From: Octopus bimaculoides
Taxonomy: Eukaryota
Length of the DNA: 63,974 bases
Direction of reading: 5' to 3'
Assembly: GCF_001194135.2 (NCBI RefSeq)
Contig: NC_068981.1
Coordinates: 26,009,864-26,073,837 of the forward strand
The notes beneath the pieces are model-generated. The model ran no database searches. It had not been told where the DNA came from and saw only the letters and a list, made by a program, of their open reading frames with translations. Below, piece after piece: positions 54,560 through 63,974 of the stretch. The position numbers and the translations under genes are program-made. Within the stretch, counting starts at the first letter, position 1, and every line of letters begins with the position of its first letter.

Positions 54560-55035
54560 CAGATTGATAGGTCCTTTAAATTAAACACCCAGGCTGCTCA
54601 TTGACAAGTTACATGCTAGAAAAAAAAAAAGAAAGCAAGAAAGAAAGCAAGAAAGAAAGCAAGAAAGAAGGAAGAAATAGAAAAAGAAACAAACAAAGAA
54701 AATAAAAGGAAACAAGAAACAGAATACACAGTGACAGTGCGCTCCTCAATACGTGTGATGTACCAATTAAAACAATCGTTTGCATTACTTGTCTGGATGG
54801 CAAGCAGGCATCGTTCTCAAATAATTACCAGTTCATTTTTTTAATCATTCTACGTACTCCTATAATCACAGGTAGTGCAACCCTCTTGAGATGCCACAGA
54901 CTTTCGATTTCAAACAGCAAATCTGAATAATTTCTGAGGCTATCAAATTCTTTTGCCGAGATATTATCACAAAGTAAGCACATGTCAATCAATAAACAGA
55001 CTTTATTGTTTTGGTCTTTCACAACAATATCTGGA
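54560..55035 (-). mobile_element. R4/Dong RLE remnant
   Basis: PDIVVKDQNNKVCLLIDM...YSDLLFEIESLWHLK...LPVIIG and MQTIVLIGTSHVLRSALS. Confidence 0.8.
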
Positions 55036-55230
55036 GTACTAGCTTTGATTGTCCAGTTTGTGTGTACTGGAAAGTCCTAAAATATTGTTATATTTTCTCC
55101 TTCAGTTACAGTCTTAGCGTGGTGTGTTTATACCGCTTCTCAGCAGTTTTGTTTCATAATGCCGACATACAAATGCATATACGCTTAACACATATAGGTA
55201 TCTATGCACACACATACGCACACGCACACA

Positions 55231-55897
55231 TATAGTCTGACAAAAAGTATCCAGAATTTTGCCATAGTAACGAAGTTAAATCAAGCAGAGTAAAGCCGCT
55301 TGGCACAGATTGATCTTGAATTTTGCTGCGCATGTGCATAAAGATTTAATGTTCTAGCTAACATCTGCTGTTTGCAGCAGTGCTTAGAAGGAAGGTGTGT
55401 AGTGTGTGATCATCGCATTGACAATGACAGAGAAAGTTGGGCAGAAAACCTTCATCAAGTTTTGGCAAAAGCTTGACAACCCCCTCTCAGAGGTCTACGC
55501 AAAGTTTTCAACAAGTTTTCATCGTTCTCCACACAATGAAGGAGGTTTTGTGCAACTGAAACTCCAGTGTCTTTTTGGTCAGCTGAAAGCAGTTTTCGAA
55601 CAAGGTTGGACGACACGCGTCTCATACACGCCTCTCCTTACACTTTCTGCAACTTGTGTAGGTCCTGGAGTAGGTATCGGCATGACAACTTTGTCTCTTA
55701 TGGTCAATGCGACGATCACACGGACCACATCTTCCTTCCCAAAAATGCTGTAAACAGCGGAAGTGAGCTCGAACGTTAAAACTTAGTGTTCATGCACAGT
55801 AGGACGGTAGATCAATCTCTGCCAAGTGGCTTTACTCTGAGTGCTTTAGCTTCGTTACTATGGCAGCGGTCCGGATACTTATTGATCAGACCTCGTA
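55231..55897 (+). mobile_element. internally deleted mariner element (~85-bp TIRs)
   Basis: The left end (GTCTGACAAAAAGTATCC...GCCATAGTAACGAAG...CAGAGTAAAGCCGCTTGGCACAGATTGATCT) is inverted at 55809-55897, which ends ...CAGACCTCG|TA. Internal MTEKVGQKTFIKFWQKL resembles a mariner transposase N-terminus. Confidence 0.85.
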
Positions 55898-55934
55898 GAT
55901 ATATATATATATATAATATACAAGTATACAAATG

Positions 55935-56620
55935 TATATCTATCTAACTATAGCTAGGAACTTCCTGTCTTTAATTAAGAAACACTTCCCCAGAGGCCAC
56001 AGGTATTTCAATTTCTACAACACCAATAACGTCAAGGTGAGCTACTCCTGCTTAGACAACATTGCACCTAATATCGCACGCACGAATAGACGTAAAAATG
56101 CTCCGAACCCCAAACTGCAACTACCGAAACCCTACCACGTGCTCTCTAGAAGAATCCCGTATATCAAGGGCCATAGTATACAGAGCTACCCTTACACCAT
56201 CCGATGGTATTACTAAACTAGGCACTATACGAGTATGACAGCTAATGACTTCAGGGTAAGATAATTCCAGCATGTGCACTCGCTCAGATCCTGTGACACC
56301 GAGAACTCTACTCGTTCTCTCTGGAGACTCCGTGACCTACTAGGCGAAACACCCAGCATCAAGTAGACTATTGCTGACAGAGTGCCACCATATACAGGCG
56401 GCGCCCCGAACTGCCAGCTCTGTCTCTGTGAAAAACTGCATATCCTCCAGCATCCAACAGTATCCATCAACATGAAATACTATTTATCTTATTGTTGTCA
56501 CCAGAGATATGCCCTTTTGGCAACTTTGAAGTCTCTGACCGCTGAGAACCCGGATATACCACTGTAAAACCAACCGCTACTCTGCACTGCCTCCAAGAAG
56601 GTCACTGTCACAAAGTAACC
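55935..56620 (+). mobile_element. Penelope-like element 3' part (GIY-YIG endonuclease region), decayed
   Basis: NFLSLIKKHFP...NTNNVKVSYSCLDNIA, a IVYRATL...Y.SMTANDFRVR-like segment, and NCQLCLCEKLHIL...INMK. Confidence 0.8.
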
Positions 56621-57589
56621 TCATGCGTAGGACTACTAATTACCAATCCACAACGCTTTCTAATCTCCAACCGTTGTTATGCGCATGTATACTCATGCAT
56701 GCACGTGCACGTGAGTACACATATGCACGCGACACTAATATGCATACATATGCACATATAAATGAATACGCATGCGTGGGTGTCTGTGTGTGCATCTGTA
56801 TGCATGTATGTGTGTGCGCGCGCATGCTCGTTCATGTGTGCATGTGTTGGCTGTGTGTGTGTGGACATGTACCTGCGCACCCATGTACAGATGCGCACGT
56901 TCGCATTAATATAGACATACACGCAAGACCATATGAGCGCGTCCACTCACAAACATATATATCTATATATTTGCACATAACGCCCCTTCAAACTTTCACT
57001 CCAACAGCGCGACCGATTTCGTGTCCACCACGCTGTCGATTTCCTGTTCTTCACGCAGGATTTTCCAAATAACTGTTGTCGCTGAATGTATCACTATCAA
57101 ACCACAAACCGCGTTATCTTGCTCGACCAATCGCAGCCCATCTTACGGTAATAACAACAAACTTCTCTCATTTGATTCCAAAAGGGATGAAGATTTGCAC
57201 CACGCTGGAAACTCCGTGTACCATCGAGATTGTATCAAACTGTTTCATCCCTGCATAGTTATATGCATACATACATACATACATACATACATACATACTT
57301 ACATACATACATAAATGCATTATATATAAAAATATATATGCATGGAAATGCTCATGTATCAATGTTTAAAGACATGTATATATATATANNNNNNNNNNNN
57401 NNNNNNNNNNNNNNNNNNNNNNNNNNNNNNNNNNNNNNNNNNNNNNNNNNNNNNNNNNNNNNNNNNNNNNNNNNNNNNNNNNNNNNNNNNNNNNNNNNNN
57501 NNNNNNNNNNNNNNNNNNNNNNNNNNNNNNNNNNNNNNNNNNNNNNNNNNNNNNNNNNNNNNNNNNNNNNNNNNNNNNNNNNNNATATT

Positions 57590-57950
57590 ATACAAATAGT
57601 AAATGAGTATATGCATATATACGTACAGGTATGTGCATACCGACATCCACCTGTATGTATAGGTGCATATCTGGGCACAGGACATTGCAAACAAAACGTA
57701 GACGAGAAAACACACAAGCCACATCGAGAACATTCTACTTCATCAGTTACCCCCGTTTTAACACCGGCGTTTCGAAGAGCTGGGCAGGACGCATCGTTAA
57801 AACGGCTCTTCCCATGGACCGCAAATTAAATGTGTATACACAAATTAAATCTTGCCATGGAGGAATGTAGTAGCGGACAAAAAAACAAGACAGTAAAACA
57901 AAAAGAAAAGGCTTTAAGGCCAGACGAGAAAAATTATGGGTGTATGAACG
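57590..57950. mobile_element. (TA)n-flanked repeat, longer version of 46241-46435 in the opposite orientation
   Basis: See the 46241 entry. The extension has a 10-bp inverted pair, CCGTTTTAAC / GTTAAAACGG. Confidence 0.7.
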
Positions 57951-58150
57951 CTATATATATATATATATACATGTCTTTAAACATTGATACATGAGCATTT
58001 ACATGCATATATATTTTTATATGCACGTATACATATACTTATATACATACACAACTTCACAGCTTGAAATATTGTGAGGGGGAGTGAAACTGTTATCACA
58101 TATACATAATTCCAACCAAATATGTGGCCTTCTTTCACTTATTCACTCAC

Positions 58151-58250
<100 letters not shown>

Positions 58251-58603
58251 GCGTGTGTGTGTGTGTATGTGTGTGTGCGTGTGTATGTGTGTGTGTGTGT
58301 ACGTGTGCACGTGTTCGTAGCCTGTTTCTACATACGCTAGTACATATATGTTCTACTAGAAACAAACGTGTCTAATTTACTACAATAAGGTTATATATAA
58401 CAACGATATTATATATATATCAAACTTGGTACACAAACACCGGTCGAATGATATTCTTGCAGTTTATGTAGACTATTAGACCCAAGCGATTGAAAAAATT
58501 CGCTCTTGAGCCATTCAGTCGTATATTATATTAAATATACGGTCGATAATATTGAAAGGCAGATTCCGAGACAATTGAAAAAAAACTACTCTTACTCATA
58601 CAT

Positions 58604-58653
<50 letters not shown>

Positions 58654-59029
58654 TTCAAAGATACAGAAAACAAAACAAAAAAAATACAAAAACCGTTTAG
58701 GGATAACAGGCAGATCGGGAAAGAATGGAAGTCTGACGTTTTGAACCTACGCTATTCGGCCGAAAAACGATGAAAGGGAAAAAAATGGACAGAGAGAGGA
58801 GGAGGAGGAGGAGGAGGGGGAGCAGAGAGAGAGAGAGAGAGAGGAAGACGTGTCCTGTTTAACGGTTTAACATGACGAAACGACAGATATATATTCGTTC
58901 GTACCTCAGTTTTTATTGACAATATTCTTAAGTGTCTCTCATTTCAAGAGAATATTACATTCTTATTTCTATTATTCTCTATTAATCCTCTTTTACCTTC
59001 CTCTTTCCCGTTAGTTTGTCTCTATATTT

Positions 59030-59330
59030 ATTTTCCCTGGATCCTTAAAAGCTTAAGGGCCAGCCACCTTTTCTGAAACCGATTTGAATATAGTAACAAC
59101 CCTTGCACTATCCCGGCTCTTATACTCAGTAGTAGTAATTTTGTAATTCTCTGTTTTGCACATAATATACTTAGAATAGTTTGCCATCTGTGCATGATTT
59201 CTTTGATCCACCTGTTGCACTGAGTGGTTACTAGAATTGCTAGAAGTAGCAATCAATATATGAACCCAAATTATGAACAATCCGAACCAAGTATATAGTC
59301 CAGGATTCACTTTTTAATATAAACGAGATT
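59030..59330 (-). mobile_element. RTE-type LINE post-RT remnant
   Basis: Across a frameshift it reads NLGSYI...SVQQVDQR.....TTEYKSR...VVTIFKSVSEK, resembling YLGS.I...DV..RI..A...TK.R...V..ILLYGSE.W. Confidence 0.45.
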
Positions 59331-59479
59331 GACATGACTAGAAGGAATTTGATTATAATTCCACCCAGTGAGTGTAACTAAGAAGCAACAACAATACGAC
59401 GACGATGCCGACGACGCCGACGACGTCGACAGCAGACACACCGACCTGCTTCTTTCGGCTAGGTTACACAAAGCCAATG

Positions 59480-59870
59480 CTTACAGAAACTCGGAATAGG
59501 GAGCTCTGTCAAAATCAATCCATACAATTTCAAAACCCTACTTTCTCTTCCTACAATATTCGGATATGGCTTTGTTGATCAGTAATTGATCTTCACAACA
59601 ATATAAGGCAGGCAGTATCCTTTATTTTCTTCTGGAAGTCAGTTGTTTTTTTCCAGGTCACTAGTTATCCTATGTAGTATTATTGCAGTTAAGGCTTTGT
59701 ATATTGTAGACACGCAAGTTATGAATTTATAGTTTTGGGGGTTTGTTTTAAGTTCTTTTTATTTTTCTCCTGAAGTCATATTGATTAATATGGTTTCCTT
59801 CTCTGTGAGCCATTCATGTGTTCTTTCTAGCAGTTTCAATAAATCAATGAATATTTTTGCATGTAATTTT
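59480..59870 (-). mobile_element. R4/Dong RT N-terminal remnant
   Basis: HEWLTEKETILI...NPQNYKFITCVSTIYKALTAII...LPEENKG...EDQLLINKAISE. Confidence 0.8.
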
Positions 59871-60044
59871 TGTGTGCTTATTAATATGTATATGTATGTG
59901 CTACCGTGTGTATATGTGAAGGTATGCCTGTGTATATGTGTGCGTGTGTATATGTACGTAAGTGTACATGTATCTAAATATACAGGAGTATGTCTGTATG
60001 TATTTTGCACATGTATATATATACATATGTATATACATACATAC

Positions 60045-60088
<44 letters not shown>

Positions 60089-60762
60089 NNNNNNNNNNNN
60101 NNNNNNNNNNNNNNNNNNNNNNNNNNNNNNNNNNNNNNNNNNNNNNNNNNNNNNNNNNNNNNNNNNNNNNNNNNNNNNNNNNNNNNNNNNNNNNNNNNNN
60201 NNNNNNNNNNNNNNNNNNNNNNNNNNNNNNNNNNNNNNNNNNNNNNNNNNNNNNNNNNNNNNNNNNNNNNNNNNNNNNNNNNNNNNNNNNNNNNNNNNNN
60301 NNNNNNNNNNNNNNNNNNNNNTATATACGTACATTTTTGAATATTAAATATATTTTATATTTAAGTATGTTATTGTTGGGTTGTTATTGCTGGTGCTGTT
60401 ACTATATAAAGAGTATGTGGAGCTCTAGTACGTTATATGTAAAAAGAATTCGATCATTTCTTAAAGTTTCGAGCTTCTTGATTTTTGTTTTTCTCTCTAA
60501 AGGCATTTCTTGCTGTTTGATTCATTTAAATTATCAGTTTAATAAAAGCCAATAAAACAATATTTCTTCTCAGACATTTGTAGTGCTTCACTCTCGCTCA
60601 TCTTTTCTTTCTTTCCTTCCTTATTTTTTCTTTCTGCCTTTCTTTCTATCTTGCTTTCTTTCATTCTCTCTCTTTCTCTCTCTCTCTCTCTCTGTCTCTC
60701 ATTCCACTCATCCATTTAACTCTCTTATCAATGTAATTCCTTTTTAATATTTTTTCTTCTGT

Positions 60763-60975
60763 AAGGCGGTGAGCTGGCAGAATCGTTAGCATGCCGGGCG
60801 AAATGCTTAATGGCATTTCGTCCGCCTTGGCGTTCTGAGTTCAAATTCCACCGGGGTTGATTTTGCAATTCCGCCTTTCGGGGTCGATAAATTAAGTATC
60901 AGTGAAACACTGGGTCGATGTAATCGACTAATCCCCTCCCACAAAATTTCAGGCCTGGTGCCTATAGTAGAAAGG
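60763..60975 (+). mobile_element. SINE family A, well-preserved full-length copy
   Basis: AAGGCGGTGAGCTGGCAGAATCGTTAGCATGCCGGGCGAAATGC...GAGTTCAAATTCC...AAATTTCAGGCCTGGTGCCTATAGTAGAAAGGGTTATT. Confidence 0.85.
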
Positions 60976-60994
60976 GTTATTATAAAAAATTAAG

Positions 60995-61180
60995 AATTGT
61001 TAGCACACTGGGCAAAATGCTTAGCACTATTTCGTCCCCTTTTCATGTTCTGAGTTCAAATTACACCGATGTCGACATTGCCTTTCATCCTTTCGGGGTC
61101 GATAAAAATAAGTACCTGTTGAGTAGTGTAATCGACTTACCCCTCCCCAAATATTGCTGGCCTTGTACCAAAATTTCAAG
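60995..61180 (+). mobile_element. SINE family A, second tandem copy
   Basis: AGAATTGTTAGCACACTGGGCAAAATGCTTAGC...GGCCTTGTACCAAAATTTCAA. Confidence 0.8.
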
Positions 61181-62379
61181 TCAGTACTTTCTCTTTCACA
61201 ATATTCAAATATATGTTACTGCTTCTTTGTTCTTCATCCATTTAAGATCATTGAAGGAGGGAATACACCCAACAATAAGGATACGAGTGAAATTACGGTT
61301 TATATTGTAAGATAAAATGTTTATAAAGATAGAGATGCTCAGTAGACGAGAGAAAGAGAAACGCAGAAAGAAAATGAAAACGGTAGTAACAAAATCCGCA
61401 TTGCTTCATATAGCTATGCGGTCTCCTATCAATCCCACATTTCCACTCATAGAGTGTAAAATGTCTATGGTAAAACTATTTTATTTTTCGTTGCATCACT
61501 GCGATTATTGATGGTTATCAAAATGGAAATATATTAAATTTAAAAATAAACATATACCGAGTGATGCATTCTGACTGAATTCTTCAATCAACGTTATTAT
61601 CATACGCACTGTGAAGCAAAAAATAAATTGAGAAGTTTAGCTAAGTTCAAGTTTGTATGCGCCGTAAATAGTCACAAACGACTAAACATTTAGCCTTTGG
61701 TCCTACTTCAGTAAAATGAAATATATTGCCTACAGGTTAGAAACTCATCGAATCATACCCCGATTCACTGTCATTATTTTCCTCATTGAGGTTATATTTT
61801 GTAATACTTCCGAAAAATGTACACATGTTAGTGAATTAGAGCCAAAGGAATAACATGGATTTCCTATGATTTGCAGCAAAGGAATAAAAAATACACTCTG
61901 CTTTTCAAAATTATTGCATTAATATCTATATATCTCTCTTTTAGCTCCCCGTGGGCAATAAATAAATAAATATCTATACTTCTCAATGAGTGGTAAAGAC
62001 ATGTTTCTGAGAAATTTTCAAATGGAAAGCTGTAATATTTAATTTTTTTTTTTTTCTGCTTTACTAAATTTCATCATGGAAGTAAGTGGAACGAACTTTT
62101 CTTAACTGCTTGGATGTATTCAATTCGCCCTGAGTATTATCCGTTATCTGCTTCTCAAATTACGGAAACATTGTTGGCGAGGTTTATGAAAGTCACTAAA
62201 TTTTCTTTCATCTCGTCCAAAATACTGAAGTTAGCAGAAAAAAAAAAATTATGGGAAATATTATACATACAGCCAGATGCAATAATATCGGCAAACGTAA
62301 GAGAAGGGGAATAATCATTCATGATATATATTGCTAATGTTAACTTCATTCACTTTCAAGTTATACCTGTTCGCTTATT

Positions 62380-62515
62380 CTTTTGTTCTTTTATTTGTTT
62401 CAGTCATATGACTGCGGCCATGCTGGAGCATCACCTTCAGTCGAACAAATCAACCCCAGGATTATTCTTTGTAAGCCTAGTACTTATTCTATCGGTCTCT
62501 TTTGCCGAACACAAC
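62380..62515 (-). mobile_element. SINE family B 3' half
   Basis: TTTCAGTCATATGACTGCGGCCATGCTGGAGCA...TACTTATTCTATCGGTCTCTTTTGCCGAAC. Confidence 0.8.
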
Positions 62516-62654
62516 ATCATCGGTTTTCAAGCAAGCTACTTACCACACAACCGCTCCTACGTCTATATTCATGTATCACACGTGTATGCATAAAGAGGCA
62601 TTGCAAAAACAAACACACTCTTACACCCCACTATATATATATATATATAAAAGA

Positions 62655-62745
62655 ACGCAGGCATGGCTGTGTGGTAAGAAACTTTCTTCAAAATCTCATA
62701 ATTCCGGGTTTAGTCAACACTGCGTGGCACCTTGAGTTAGTGTCT
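62655..62745 (+). mobile_element. SINE family B head
   Basis: GCAGGCATGGCTGTGTGGTAAGAA...TTCCGGGTTTAGTCAACACTGCGTGGCACCTTG. Confidence 0.7.
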
Positions 62746-63109
62746 CTATCTTAGCTTACTGTTTCCGGCGCACCAATCATTATAGGCACTACCCTTACTG
62801 TTCGCATGCTCCAAATTATTCCTATTTTAAGGGGTTGCAATTTTTTAATTTTTTTTTTCATCCTCTTCCTTTACAATCATGGAATCCAACGGGTATGATG
62901 AGTCGATAAGCAAGCAAGTTCTCTTTCCTTGTCTATAATCGTTGTGTCTGGTCACAAAATCTTACATTACTCCGACTCCATTGAAACAAGCACACCAGAT
63001 TGTTCATTTACAGAGACATGTGATAGAGAAAATGGGGAAGACAGAGAGAAAAAGAAAAGGAAAATATTAAAAAATAGAAAAGTAAACAAATAAAATAAAA
63101 GGTGAAAAG

Positions 63110-63580
63110 GAAAAGCCTCTCCTCTCAGACCACGACATGATACTCTGCAACTTTAATTTCCAGCATATCAAAACCAAACCAACCTATTCCACTCCATTGC
63201 AATTATTGAAGACATAAACTTCCACAAAGCGGACTGGGGGAGCAATCAGAAAGGATCTGTCTTTCATCGACTGGTCCTTCACTCTCAGTTCCACTGAAAA
63301 TGAGACCGTATGGCAGCACTTTCAGGACATTGTCACCTATACATGCTCAAAACACGCTCCTACGAAATCCACTAACAAAAACAGAAACCGGTTCCCTAGA
63401 GAGACAAAAACACTGATCAGGCACATCAAAAGACTTAGTAAGAAAATGAACCAATTAAATTCTTCCACATACAACATGCAATAACAATGAAAAGGCTGGA
63501 GTTGGAAAATGTTCATCTGTAGACCGACATGGAAACTTCCACTGAAAATCAAAGAGCTGCAGAGGAACAGTGAATACCCC
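63110..63580 (+). mobile_element. CR1/L2-type LINE fragment (end of APE endonuclease and linker)
   Basis: LSDHDMILCNFNF (SDH motif), INFHKADWGAIRKDLSFIDW and WQHFQDIVTYTCSKHAP. Confidence 0.75.
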
Positions 63581-63974
63581 ACCCCACCCCACAAAAATCA
63601 AACAGAACCTAAAAGTGTTCTATATATATATATATAGTTCTCCGTAGGTGATAACGGCGAAGAAATCAGGTGACACTACCAATGGACTAGCTAGCTTGTG
63701 ATATTAAAGAGCAAGTGACTAGCCACCTCACCCATAACGCAATTCAGAGGAATAGCCAACGTGACACGGAATGTGAACAGGTTTCCCCTCTGAATCACTG
63801 GTACTACAAATTTTTTTGTTAGCTGTTTAGACTGGATCAACGTAACACAAAGTGTCTCGCATAACGACACACGCCCTGACGAGAATAGAACACTCGACAT
63901 TACGATTGTGAGTCTAACATCCTAACCACTAGGCAGAGCCCCTTCTCTCTCGCTCTCTCTCTCTCCGTATATAT

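Noticed and set aside
56585-56635. Possible hammerhead after the Penelope GIY-YIG fragment
   Set aside because: A stem-II-like pair is present, but both conserved core boxes are missing.
59053-59310. ORF that looks like a secreted peptide (MNPGLYTWFGLFIIWVHILIATSS...)
   Set aside because: The start codon is GTG just after an in-frame stop, not ATG. The region is better explained as a frameshifted LINE remnant.

Overview
AT-rich, microsatellite-dense eukaryotic draft-assembly DNA with 11 N-gaps. It is most likely an intronic or intergenic stretch of a coleoid cephalopod (Octopus-type) genome; this is inferred from my recall of the two SINE families and the retroelement mix, not from a database search. 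I cannot support any host protein-coding exon, tRNA, rRNA or CRISPR array. All recognisable protein similarity comes from decayed transposons: many R4/Dong-clade RLE-type LINE pieces, RTE and CR1/L2-type LINE pieces, Penelope-like (PLE) pieces, mariner elements and one clean solo LTR. The most interesting signal is an architecture seen twice (10.9-15.9 kb and 53.2-55.0 kb). A SINE with a (TTA)n tail is followed by antisense R4/Dong copies, each bounded by (TAA)n, and then by another co-oriented SINE. In the first cluster a non-coding ~670 bp passenger element sits in the same stack, and two of the inserts have tandemly reiterated 5' junctions. Other notable items are a near-perfect 53-bp-stem hairpin at 29418-29583 and several degenerate PLE-type hammerhead-like motifs. 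Most element boundaries are approximate (+/- 10-30 bp) unless a TSD or TIR is quoted.
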